Assembly (NCBI RefSeq): GCF_964204645.1
Contig: NC_134029.1
Location: 16,858,950-16,922,949 of the forward strand
Direction: 5' to 3'
Length of the DNA stretch: 64,000 nt
Source: Tubulanus polymorphus
Taxonomy: Eukaryota; Animalia; Nemertea
Made by a program: the position numbers and the translations under genes
Shown: piece by piece, positions 52,000-64,000 of the stretch
How positions within the stretch are numbered: position 1 is the first letter of the stretch
Layout: every line of letters starts with the position of its first letter
Notes under the pieces: generated by a model
Databases searched by the model: none
Told to the model about the DNA's origin: nothing
What the model saw: only the letters and a program-made list of their open reading frames with translations

Positions 52000-52675
52000 T
52001 TTCACCATTTTCATTAATCTATTTCAAAAATTCACAATAACACGTTTCAAAAGCCGTTGTGCGTGTTTGTCATGTTTTTCGTCATCACGAATGAGTGAAA
52101 AGATAATCGCCCGAATTTCCCTCCACGGTTTTCGCTCATAAAATCTCATTTTTACTCATACCAGTTTCAGTTCGAATAGCCAGTCATAACGCACAAACAC
52201 TGGCGCACCGATAAATTTGACCTAACGCACTCTACCGTCAAACGATTGACGACTTTTATTCGGCGCTATAAAGTTCTAGTTGTTGGCAGTAGCCAAATGT
52301 AAGTGGACGAACTATAATTCAAATCGCTTTGGAGATTCACGAAAATACTGTCTTTGAGTCGATTGGCTATTTCGTGCAGTTGTGACGTCACAGATTGAGT
52401 TGCCAAGTAGCTGTCGTCGTAGTTTCTACCGTCCTTGCACTGGTCGTTGGGCCACAACTCGCAAAAAATGGTCGTCGCTATTTATATACGAAGATATATG
52501 ACAATGATTCCTGGTCAAGTTATCGCAATTTGTACGTTGGTGGGAGTAAAGCGTTTTAATTAGGAGGCGGTGAAGCTTAGAAGGTTTGTGCCGCAAATAT
52601 GACTTATGAAATATGAAAAATAGACTAATACGATCTAATGAGATATTCAAAAGTGGTAAATTTTTGAATTTTGTT

Positions 52676-52795
52676 GTCTACGGCCATACCACGTTGAAAG
52701 CAACGGTTCTCGTCCGATCGCCGAAGTTAAGGAACGTCGGGCCCGGTTAGTACTTGGATGGGTGACCGCCTGGGAATACCGGGTGGTGTAGACTT
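52676..52795 (+). rRNA. 5S rRNA copy 3 (variant B)
   Basis: Full length; GCAACGG, AAGGAAC and GGTGGTG variants. Confidence 0.9.
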
Positions 52796-53473
52796 TTTCA
52801 CCATTTTCATTAATCTATTTCAAAAATTCACAATAACACGTTTCAGAAGTCGTTGTGCGTGCTTGTCATGTTTTTCGTCTTCACGAATGAGTGAAGAGAT
52901 AATCGCCCGAATTTCCCTCCACGGTTTTCGCTCACAAAATCTCATTTTTACTCATACCAGTTTCAGTTCGAATAGCCAGTCATAACGCACAAACACTAGC
53001 GCACCGACAAATTCGACCTAACGCACTCTATAACCGTCAAACGATTGACGACTTTTATTCGGCGCTATAAAGTTCTAGTTGTTTGCAGTAGCCAAATTTA
53101 AGTGGACGAACTATTATTCAAATCGCTTTGGAGATTCACGAAAATACTGTCTTTGAGTCGATTGGCTATTTCGTGCAGTTGTGACGTCACAGATTGAGTT
53201 GCTAAGTAGCTGTCGTCGTAGTTTCTACCGTCCTTACACCGGTCGTTGGGCCACAACTCGCAAAAAATGGTCGTCGCTATTCATATACGAAGATATATGA
53301 CAATGATTCCAGGTCAAGTTATCGCAATTTGTACGTTGGTGGGAGTAAAGCGTTTTAATTAGGAGGCGGTGAAGCTTAGAAGGTTTGTTCCGCAAATATG
53401 ACTTATGAAATATAAAAACAGACTAATACGATCTAATCAGATATTCAAAAGCGGTACATTTTTGAGTTTTTTT

Positions 53474-53586
53474 GTCTACGGCCATACCACGTTGAAAGCA
53501 CCGGTTCTCGTCCAATCACCGTAGTTAACCAACGTCGGGCCCGGTTAGTTGGGTGACCGCATGGGAATACCGGGTGCTGTAGAATT
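53474..53586 (+). pseudogene. 5S rRNA copy 4, probable pseudogene
   Basis: 7-bp deletion (ACTTGGA) in the internal control region plus several substitutions. Confidence 0.85.
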
Positions 53587-54258
53587 TTTCACCATTTTCA
53601 TTCATCTATTTCAAAAATTCACAATAACACGTTTCAAAAGCTGTTGTGCGTGCTTGTCATGTTTTTCGTCAACACGAATGAGTGAAAAGATAATCGCCCG
53701 AATTTCCCTCCACGGTTTTCGCTCACAAAATCTCATTTTTACTCATACCAGCTCAGTTCGAATAGCCATTCATAACGCACAAACACTGGCGCACCGACAA
53801 ATTCGACCTAACGCATTCTACCGTCAAACGATTGACGACTTTTATTCGGCGCTATATAGTTCTAGTTGTTTGCAGTAGCCAAATTTAAGTGGACGAACTA
53901 TTATTCAAATCGCTTTGGAGATTCACGAAAATACTGTCTTTGAGTCGATTGGCTATTTCGTGCAGTTGTGACGTCACAGATTGAGTTGCTAAGTAGCTGT
54001 CGTCGTAGTTTCTACCGTCCTTACACCGGTCGTTGGGCCACAACTCGCAAAAAATGGTCGTCGCTATTCATATACGAAGATATATGACAATGATTCCTGG
54101 TCAAGTTATCGCAATTTGTACGTTGGTGGGAGTAAAGCGTTTTAATTAGGAGGCGGCGAAGCTTAGGTTTGTGCCGCAAATATGACTTATGAAATATGAA
54201 AAATAGACTAATACGATCTAATGAGATATTCAAAAGCGGTACATTTTTGAGTTTTGTT

Positions 54259-54378
54259 GTCTACGCTCATACAACGTTGAAAGCACCGGTTCTCGTCCGA
54301 TCACCGAAGTTAAGCAACGTCGGGCCCGGTTAGTACTTGGATGGGTGACCGCCTGGGAATACCGGGTGCTGTAGACTT
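54259..54378 (+). rRNA. 5S rRNA copy 5 (variant C)
   Basis: Full length; GTCTACGCTCATACAAC 5' variant. Confidence 0.9.
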
Positions 54379-55058
54379 TTTCACCATTTTCATTAATCTT
54401 TTTCAAAAATTCACAATAACACGTTTCAAAAGCCGTTGTGCGTGTTTGTCATGTTTTTCGTCGTCACGAATGAGTGAAAAGATAATCGCCCGAATTTCCC
54501 TCCACGGTTTTCGCTCACAAAATCTCATTTTTACTCATACCAGTTTCAGTTCGAATAGCCAGTCATAACGCACAAACACTAGCGCATCGACAAATTCGAC
54601 CTAACGCACTCTATAACCGTCAAACGATTGACGACTTTTATTCGGCGCTATAAAGTTCTAGTTGTTTGCAGTAGCCAAATTTAAGTGGACGAACTATTAT
54701 TCAAATCGCTTTGGAGATTCACGAAAATACTGTCTTTGAGTCGATTGGCTATTTCGTGCAGATGTGACGTCACAGATTGAGTTGCTAAGTAGCTGTCGTC
54801 GTAGTTTCTACCGTCCTTTCACCGGTCGTTGGGCCACAACTCGCAAAAAAATGGTCGTCGCTATTCATATACGAAGATATATGACAATGATTCCTGGTCA
54901 AGCTATCGCAATTTGTACGTTGGTGGGAGTAAAGCGTTTTAATTAGGAGGCGGTGAAGCTTAGAAGGTTTGTGCCGCAAATATGACTTATGAAATATGAA
55001 AAATAGACTAATACGATCTAATGAGATATTCAAAAGCGGTACATTTTTTAGTTTTGTT

Positions 55059-55178
55059 GTCTACGGCCATACCACGTTGAAAGCACCGGTTCTCGTCCGA
55101 TCACCGAAGTTAAGCAACGTCGGGCCCGGTTAGTACCTGGATGGGTGTCCGCCTGGGAATACCGGGTGCTGTAGACTT
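55059..55178 (+). rRNA. 5S rRNA copy 6 (variant A)
   Basis: Full length. Confidence 0.93.
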
Positions 55179-55851
55179 TTTCACCATTTTCATTAATCTA
55201 TTTCAAAAATTCACAATAACACGTTTCAAAAGCCGTTGTGCGTGTTTGTCATGTTTTTCGTCATCACGAATGAGTGAAAAGATAATCGCCCGAATTTCCC
55301 TCCACGGTTTTCGCTCATAAAATCTCATTTTTACTCATACCAGTTTCAGTTCGAATAGCCAGTCATAACGCACAAACACTGGCGCATCGATAAATTTGAC
55401 CTAACGCACTCTACCGTCAAACGATTGACGACTTTTATTCGGCGCTATAAAGTTCTAGTTGTTTGCAGTAGCCAAATTTAAGTGGACGAACTATAATTCA
55501 AATCGCTTTGGAGATTCACGAAAATACTGTCTTTGAGTCGATTGGCTATTTCGTGCAGTTGTGACGTCACAGATTGAGTTGCCAAGTAGCTGTCGTCGTA
55601 GTTTCTACCGTCCTTGCACTGGTCGTTGGGCCACAACTCGCAAAAAATGGTCGTCGCTATTTATATACGAAGATATATGACAATGATTCCTGGTCAAGTT
55701 ATCGCAATTTGTACGTTGGTGGGAGTAAAGCGTTTTAATTAGGAGGCGGCGAAGCTTAGGTTTGTGCCGCAAATATGACTTATGAAATATGAAAAATAGA
55801 CTAATACGATCTAATGAGATATTCAAAAGCGGTACATTTTTGAGTTTTGTT

Positions 55852-55971
55852 GTCTACGCTCATACAACGTTGAAAGCACCGGTTCTCGTCCGATCACCGA
55901 AGTTAAGCAACGTCGGGCCCGGTTAGTACTTGGATGGGTGACCGCCTGGGAATACCGGGTGCTGTAGACTT
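55852..55971 (+). rRNA. 5S rRNA copy 7 (variant C)
   Basis: Full length. Confidence 0.9.
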
Positions 55972-56650
55972 TTTCACCATTTTCATTAATCTTTTTCAAA
56001 AATTCACAATAACACGTTTCAAAAGCCGTTGTGCGTGTTTGTCATGTTTTTCGTCGTCACGAATGAGTGAAAAGATAATCGCCCGAATTTCCCTCCACGG
56101 TTTTCGCTCACAAAATCTCATTTTTACTCATACCAGTTTCAGTTCGAATAGCCAGTCATAACGCACAAACACTAGCGCATCGACAAATTCGACCTAACGC
56201 ACTCTATAACCGTCAAACGATTGACGACTTTTATTCGGCGCTATAAAGTTCTAGTTGTTTGCAGTAGCCAAATTTAAGTGGACGAACTATTATTCAAATC
56301 GCTTTGGAGATTCACGAAAATACTGTCTTTGAGTCGATTGGCTATTTCGTGCAGATGTGACGTCACAGATTGAGTTGCTAAGTAGCTGTCGTCGTAGTTT
56401 CTACCGTCCTTTCACCGGTCGTTGGGCCACAACTCGCAAAAAATGGTCGTCGCTATTCATATACGAAGACATATGACAATGATTCCTGGTCAAGCTATCG
56501 CAATTTGTACGTTGGTGGGAGTAAAGCGTTTTAATTAGGAGGCGGTGAAGCTTAGAAGGTTTGTGCCGCAAATATGACTTATGAAATATGAAAAATAGAC
56601 TAATACGATCTAATGAGATATTCAAAAGCGGTACATTTTTGAGTTTTGTT

Positions 56651-56770
56651 GTCTACGGCCATACCACGTTGAAAGCACCGGTTCTCGTCCGATCACCGAA
56701 GTTAAGCAACGTCGGGCCCGGTTAGTACCTGGATGGGTGTCCGCCTGGGAATACCGGGTGCTGTAGACTT
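56651..56770 (+). rRNA. 5S rRNA copy 8 (variant A)
   Basis: Full length. Confidence 0.93.
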
Positions 56771-57443
56771 TTTCACCATTTTCATTAATCTATTTCAAAA
56801 ATTCACAATAACACGTTTCAAAAGCCGTTGTGCGTGTTTGTCATGTTTTTCGTCATCACGAATGAGTGAAAAGATAATCGCCCGAATTTCCCTCCACGGT
56901 TTTCGCTCATAAAATCTCATTTTTACTCATACCAGTTTCAGTTCGAATAGCCAGTCATAACGCACAAACACTGGCGCACCGATAAATTTGACCTAACGCA
57001 CTCTACCGTCAAACGATTGACGACTTTTATTCGGCGCTATAAAGTTCTAGTTGTTTGCAGTAGCCAAATTTAAGTGGACGAACTATAATTCAAATCGCTT
57101 TGGAGATTCACGAAAATACTGTCTTTGAGTCGATTGGTTATTTCGTGCAGTTGTGACGTCACAGATTGAGTTGCTAAGTAGCTGTCGTCGTAGTTTCTAC
57201 CGTCCTTACACCGGTCGTTGGGCCACAACTCGCAAAAAATGGTCGTCGCTATTCATATACGAAGATATATGACAATGATTCCTGGTCAAGTTATCGCAAT
57301 TTGTACGTTGGTGGGAGTAAAGCGTTTTAATTAGGAGGCGGCGAAGCTTAGGTTTGTGCCGCAAATATGACTTATGAAATATGAAAAATAGACTAATACG
57401 ATCTAATGAGATATTCAAAAGTGGTACATTTTTGAATTTTGTT

Positions 57444-57563
57444 GTCTACGGCCATACCACGTTGAAAGCAACGGTTCTCGTCCGATCACCGAAGTTAAGG
57501 AACGTCGGGCCCGGTTAGTACTTGGATGGGTGACCGCCTGGGAATACCGGGTGGTGTAGACTT
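57444..57563 (+). rRNA. 5S rRNA copy 9 (variant B)
   Basis: Full length. Confidence 0.9.
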
Positions 57564-58241
57564 TTTCACCATTTTCATTAATCTATTTCAAAAATTCACA
57601 ATAACACGTTTCAGAAGTCGTTGTGCGTGCTTGTCATGTTTTTCGTCTTCACGAATGAGTGAAGAGATAATCGCCCGAATTTCCCTCCACGGTTTTCGCT
57701 CACAAAATCTCATTTTTACTCATACCAGTTTCAGTTCGAATAGCCAGTCATAACGCACAAACACTAGCGCACCGACAAATTCGACCTAACGCACTCTATA
57801 ACCGTCAAACGATTGACGACTTTTATTCGGCGCTATAAAGTTCTAGTTGTTTGCAGTAGCCAAATTTAAGTGGACGAACTATTATTCAAATCGCTTTGGA
57901 GATTTACGAAAATACTGTCTTTGAGTCGATTGGCTATTTCGTGCAGTTGTGACGTCACACATTGAGTTGCTAAGTAGCTGTCGTCGTAGTTTCTACCGTC
58001 CTTACACCGGTCTTTTGGCCACAACTCCCAAAAATGGTCGTCGCATTTCATATACGAAGATATATGACAATGATTCCTGGTCAAGTTATCGCAATTTGTA
58101 CGTTGGTGGGAGTAAAGCGTTTTAATTAGGAGGCGGTGAAGCTTAGAAGGTTTGTGCCGCGAATATGACTTATGAAATATGAAAAATAGACTAATACGAT
58201 CTAATGAGATATTCAAAAGCGGTACATTTTTGAATTTTGTT

Positions 58242-58361
58242 GTCGACGGCCATACCACGTTGAAAGCACCGGTTCTCGTCCGATCACCGAAGTTAAGCAA
58301 CGTCGGGCCCGGTTAGTACTTGGATGGGTGACCGCCTGGGAATACCGGGTGCTGTAGACTT
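58242..58361 (+). rRNA. 5S rRNA copy 10
   Basis: Full length; single T>G at position 4 (GTCGAC). Confidence 0.93.
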
Positions 58362-59040
58362 TTTCACCATTTTCATTAATCTTTTTCAAAAATTCACAAT
58401 AACACGTTTCAAAAGCCGTTGTGCGTGTTTGTCATGTTTTTCGTCGTCACGAATGAGTGAAAAGATAATCGCCCGAATTTCCCTCCACGGTTTTCGCTCA
58501 CAAAATCTCATATTTACTCATACCAGTTTCAGTTCGAATAGCCAGTCATAACGCACAAATACTAGCACACCGACAAATTCGACCTAACGCACTCTATAAC
58601 CGTCAAACGATTGACGACTTTTATTCGGCGCTATAAAGTTCTAGTTGTTTGCAGTAGCCAAATTTAAGTGGACGAACTATTATTCAAATCGCTTTGGAGA
58701 TTCACGAAAATACTGTCTTTGAGTCGATTTGCTATTTCGCGCAGTTGTGACGTCACAGATTGAGTTGCTAAGTAGCTGTCGTCGTAGTTTCTACCGTCCT
58801 TACACCGGTCTTTTGGCCACAACTCGCAAAAAATGGTCGTCGCTTTTCATATACGAAGATATATGACAATGATTCCTGGTCAAGTTATCGCAATTTGTAA
58901 GTTGGTGGGAGTAAAGCGTTTTAATTAGGAGGCGGTGAAGCTTAGAAGGTTTGTGCCGCAAATATGACTTATGAAATATGAAAAATAGACTAATACGATC
59001 TAATGAGATATTCAAAAGCGGTACATTTTTTCGTTTTGTT

Positions 59041-59160
59041 GTCTACGGCCATACCACGTTGAAAGCACCGGTTCTCGTCCGATCACCGAAGTTAAGCAAC
59101 GTCGGGCCCGGTTAGTACTTGGATGGGTGAACGCCTGGGAATACCAGGTGCTGTAGACTT
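59041..59160 (+). rRNA. 5S rRNA copy 11
   Basis: Full length; GGTGAACG and ATACCAGG variants. Confidence 0.92.
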
Positions 59161-61007
59161 TTTCACCATTTTCATTAATCTATTTCTAAAATTCACAATA
59201 ACACGTTTTAAAAGTCGTTGTGCGTGTTTGTCATGTTTTTTGTCGTCACGAATGAGTAAAAAGATAATCGCCCGAATTATCTTGTTTTACAAAATCTCAT
59301 TTTTACTCGTACCAGTTTCAGTTCGAATAGCCCGTCATACCGCACAAACACTGGCGCACCGACAAATTCAACCTGCGCACTCAAACGATTGACGACTTTT
59401 ATTCGGCGCTATTAAGTTCTAGTTGTTTGCAGCAGCTAAATTTAAGTGGATGAACTATTATTCAAGTCTTTTCGAGATTCACGAAAATACTGTCTTTGAG
59501 TCGATTGGCTATTTCGTGCAGTGTGACGTCACAGATTGAGTTGCGAAGTAGCTGTCGTCGTAGTTTCTACCGTCCTTACACCGGTCGTTGGGCCACAACT
59601 CGCAAAAAATGGTCGTCGCTTTTCATATACGAAGAGATATGACAATGTTTCCTGGCCAAGTAATCACATTTGTCCGTTGGTGGGACTTCAGCATTTTAAT
59701 TAGGAGGCAGCGAAGCTTACCGTCAAACGATTGACGTCTTTTATTCGGCGCTATTAAGTTCTAGTTGTTTGCAGCAGCCAAATCTTAGTGGACAAACTAT
59801 TATTCAAATGACTTCGAAGAGGCATTGTGCGTGGGCAGATCCAAGGGCAGGGGGTTTCGGGTTTTGTAACAATCTCGGATTCTTTCGTGCATTTATTTCT
59901 ACTGAGTTAAAACACGTAGCTTGTCTCACTCTAGTATCACTCTAAATCTTCACTGCCAACATCATTAGCGGGCAATAACAGAACTTTCTAACAAACAGAA
60001 CACTCACCAGAGGAGTCGGACTGTCTAGATCAGGTTCGTGTCGCTATATGTCACAGAGAAAAACGGCGTAGTCTGCAGCATACATGTACTCATAAATCGT
60101 ACTCACTGAATACGTAGTTCCCTCTGTAGAAGCAATAGTTATAGGGTTTTATATGTATGGTATTGGAAAAGATAGTGTATGTGTGCAGTGTGCACAATAG
60201 CGCACGCTAGATGTGTGCTGGTGCGCACACCGAAGGCAAATGGCTCGAATTACAAGGAGGGAGTATGTTGATAAGAAAGAACAGCATTGAGTAACTATAT
60301 CTAAAATGTAAGGACTTTTAAGGGATGGTTAGTGTAGTCCAGGAGGGAGTAGAATGGTAGTAGCAGGGATAAGATATACCAAAAAGGGTGATGATAGAGG
60401 TGGGCGAGGTCATGGTAAAGGAATGTAAAGAATGTACATATTAGTATATAAGTCTAAGGTTTTTGGTTCAGGGAGGGAACGAAAGAGAGTAAAGGCTGGC
60501 TTATGTCGACAAGCAACGCGACGACTCCTACCGACGCAACTGAGAGCACCCGCGATCGCAGCCCAGCTTATGTCGACTCCGCTCCGCTTCGCAGCAATTG
60601 AGCCCGACTATCGGGATACGAGATCCTCCCAGTTGCTTCCCTGCTTATGCCGGTTACGATTACTGGCAACTGCAATGGCTCAGATGGTCACGTGATAAGC
60701 ATTTTGAGAATAAATTTGATCTATTTTGAATTATTGGGAAATACATTTCTATTAAAAGAAGCTATTTCTTTAAGATCATTATCTTTCTGATTCTGTCTGA
60801 ATTTAATGAGCTAGCGACATCATATAAAGATGGCCGTTCACACCATAATTCTACCAACTTTGCTTCTAGATCTTCGATCCAGTCATCTGCCGTGCTGAAA
60901 CTTTAGTTGACGTTTCGAAATACTTGAATTTGAAAGTTTATGACTAATTACGAATGACGCTAACTAGCGGTCATAATTTGTACTATGTATATGCGGTCTC
61001 TTATTGG

Positions 61008-61082
61008 CGAGGAGAGGGGGAGGGAGAGAGGGAGGGAGGGAGGGAGAGAGAGAGGGAGGGAGGGAGGGAGAGGGAGAGAGAA
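61008..61082. repeat. Polypurine (GAGG/GA)n tract
   Basis: Directly visible. Confidence 0.9.
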
Positions 61083-61562
61083 CTGGTAGTGGTGGAGAAC
61101 AGTCCCTTTACAAGTGGTGGAAGATCGTCGTGACATTAGAGCTAGCATCAAATAGAGCTAGGACATTACATACAAAAATAAATATTGCTATGTTTTTTCC
61201 TTTCCTTCCTTTTTTCTCAATAAAAATTAATAAAGATATATACCGACTCACTGTAGAATAAAATATAATTTAATGTAGAATCAATCATTTCAAAACAGTA
61301 ACTTTACAACTAAAATAAATTACATATACAGTTATATATAATTAATCTCGATAATAGACGAATATATCAATATCAGTTGTACATGGGAAGACTGCAGGAA
61401 GTTTTACTTTTAGGCAAAAATAATGAGCACTTTTCAAACAAATGAACATTAAAAATAATTTTAAAAAATCAAACAATTATAATTCTATGCAATAAAGCGA
61501 TCATTCATTTACTACATATGCATGAAATCACGCATTTGACCCCTTGCAATGTCCTCGATTTC

Positions 61563-62220
61563 CAACTAGAGTTTTACGTTCGCTTTGCAAATGCATGTGA
61601 ATATCCCTCGGCATCACGGAAGTAACCTCCAAACCCAGGTCCGGCATCAACATAGCATTTTGATGAAAACTGCTGTGTAATTTATAGATTTATAGATTCC
61701 TAGTTATAAGCCAAAATAAATATTTTAAGAATCTAATATAGCCACCATTCAGCCATCTTAGATGGGATAACGACCTAAGATTCATCCTGATATATAATGT
61801 AATTTAACATCGTCATAAGAAATATCAATGCTCTGTATAAAAATACACTCTAGTGAATAGGCCGAAATGTCAATCTTTTGAATTGATCATGGCTGCAAGT
61901 CAGCCATCTTGATTGGCATCATGACCTAGAATCAAACAGATATATAATGTTATCTAAACATTCCCATTTTAAATAACATCAATACTCTACATGAAATACA
62001 TTCGCAGTTATAGGCCAAAATAAATTTTTCGAATTCAATATGGCCGCAAATCAACCAATTGCAATTACTTATAAATTAAACAGGGTTCATCTACATGCCA
62101 CAGCACACCTAACATAAAAATCTAATTCGAGCAATTGCTGCAATAAAGCAAACTTCACGTTGAGGCAGTAAAGCCAAAACCATATTCTCCCTTCCCTCCC
62201 GACATCTGGGGGACCGTCAA
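61563..62220 (-). mobile_element. Probable degenerate HINE-like element with ~150-bp internal repeats
   Basis: AACTAGAG at the left edge; CAGCCATCTT...GACCTA...GATATATAATGT recurs at ~61750 and ~61901. Confidence 0.4.
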
Positions 62221-63651
62221 TTTAGTTGTATGATCCACGTGTAATTTCCTTTGCATTGTTATATTTTACTTGATTAATTGCCTCCTCATTCGAATTAATC
62301 TTAATAGTTGAATAGAATCTGTTCTATGATGTAAACACCTTATGTAGACAGAACTTCAAAAATCAGACAAAGATTTACAACTATATACAAGACTCAAAAG
62401 GTTCAATCATGCAAATTGAACTCAATGGACACACCACTGAAAAACACTGAAACCTCAAAACGCAAAATATAAAGTTCTTGTTTAGCTGAACGATGTTCTG
62501 TGTTGCACATATCCTCCCTTGGAAGGGATTCGAACCTGATGGCAGATTCGAATCCCTCGCATGCCAATTGTACCAAATCCCCATAATTTACACAGATGTT
62601 ATTTCATTCTTGCTGAATGTATCTTCGAAAATTAAAAAAAAAAACTCCACAAATTCAAAATTTTACAACTATCTTTGGAATTGGTCTATAAATTACAGAA
62701 AGTATGCTTTAAAGTAAAATGTATGCCTACAATGAATCAGAGACCTAAGGTGTAGATAAACAGCCTAATGTTTATTTCATTTCAAACCCTGGGATCTTTA
62801 GGCCACAATTCTGATATCTTTGAGAATACACACCAGAAAATAGATTTCAAAATGAACAAAATAGCGTTGCAGCTGAGTGTTTGAAGGATCGTTGAAGTCA
62901 TCTAGAAACACAGAAAAAAGCTACCATTTTCAAAAATTGTTCTATGCTTAAAGAATTATTATCATGCCTATGAGGTTATCAGCAGGAAAAAGCTATTGCA
63001 ATAATTCTCAACAGGAAATTGCTGGCTGAAAACAGCTAGAATGCTTGCTGCAGCTGCTTCCATACTCCCTCCGCAGGGGTTCGAACCTGATATCATCAAG
63101 ACTGCCCGACTCACCCGGGTGCACAGGTACATGGGCAGGTGAACCTATCAGATATCCAGTTGTATAATCCCTGAGGCAAATTTCACGAATAATAATAATT
63201 ATTATTATTATTGGAATAACCCGCGCTAAAATAAATCGTAATTTATGATTGGCTAATAATGACATCATCTTGTTGGGTAGGGTTTTGTGCAGTGGCTTAG
63301 TCTAGTGATGCCATAAGTTTTGAATCCCTGACGAGGGAGGATAACCTGTTTACTGCTCTGCCCCCAAAAAAGGTCGGCATTCTGAGTAAATGGCTATATT
63401 TCTAAGTGATTCAAGATACCGTAACTTTTTCATCCTAAATCCTTCATTATAGGCAAAACGGATTAATAAGTCCATGTGCTAGTTCAGTTGTCTCAGTTGT
63501 TCACTTGAACTATTTAAGATTTGTATCCCGAAGTTGACAAGACTTATGAATGATAATGTCTGTGCATATGAAATCAAACAGACATAGACATAAACCCTTC
63601 ACCCCTACACACTACTGTGATACGGTAACACAAAGAATCAACAGAACATTT

Positions 63652-63829
63652 CTAGAATGCATTATCATCATCGTCCTCCTCTTCATCTATTTCATCTTCA
63701 TCATCATCTTCTAAATCTTCATCATCCTCGTCATCATCATCTAATTCTGAATCTTCAGTAACTGATTCTTCTTCATTCTGATTGCAGGAGCATGCAGCAG
63801 TTTCAGCAGCCGACAATGATACATCAGTC
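63652..63829 (-). CDS. Last coding exon of an unidentified convergent gene with a D/E-rich C-terminal tail (TDVSLSAAETAACSCNQNEEES...EEEDDDDNAF*)
   Basis: Minus-strand acceptor ttttcaaacag; open 59-codon frame ending in TAG at 63654-63652. Confidence 0.75.
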
Positions 63830-64000
63830 CTGTTTGAAAAAATAGACAGTTATATTATTTCAAGACTTTCATTGTCTTCCAGAGTCTGAGAAGATTGATG
63901 CCGGCTAAAATTATCATCACATATCATATCGCTTACTATCTATTTAATATATCTACAATAAAAATAAAGGCTAACGATTTCTTCCTTTGGTGATATTATA

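Larger units (their letters stand above)
50561..59808 (+). repeat. 5S rDNA tandem array, unit 785-800 bp, 11 gene copies, ragged right end
   Basis: Gene starts at 51084, 51880, 52676, 53474, 54259, 55059, 55852, 56651, 57444, 58242 and 59041. Confidence 0.97.

Noticed and set aside
50708-59392. Recurrent ORFs MNISLDRIS... and MGDRLGIP...
   Set aside because: Chance frames in the 5S gene and spacer, with variable frameshifts between units.

Overview
AT-rich, intron-rich animal DNA; the 5S sequence and repeat families look lophotrochozoan, but the species is not identifiable from this window. Positions ~3.2-37.2 kb hold the middle and 3' coding exons of a + strand CRTC/TORC gene (CREB-regulated transcription coactivator). 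I reconstructed them by hand with consistent splice phases. The gene has a U12-type intron, a pure (CAG)33 exon, and a paralogous duplicate of that exon 7.7 kb downstream. Its introns are packed with MITEs, Helentron-type non-autonomous elements (HINEs), a SINE and a 31-bp satellite. Downstream lie an 11-copy 5S rDNA array (~796-bp unit) and the acidic last exon of a convergent gene. The standout feature is a 5,491-bp near-perfect palindrome (44574-50064) with ~2.74-kb arms and a 13-nt loop. It has AGT...ACT termini and a 6-bp target duplication (CCTATG), and each arm carries small intronless zinc-finger and membrane ORFs but no transposase, integrase or polymerase. It looks like a snap-back satellite or defective derivative of a Polinton/Maverick-like element. 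It is nested in a HINE that is itself inserted in the 5S array edge. All calls were made by eye; no database searches were run.
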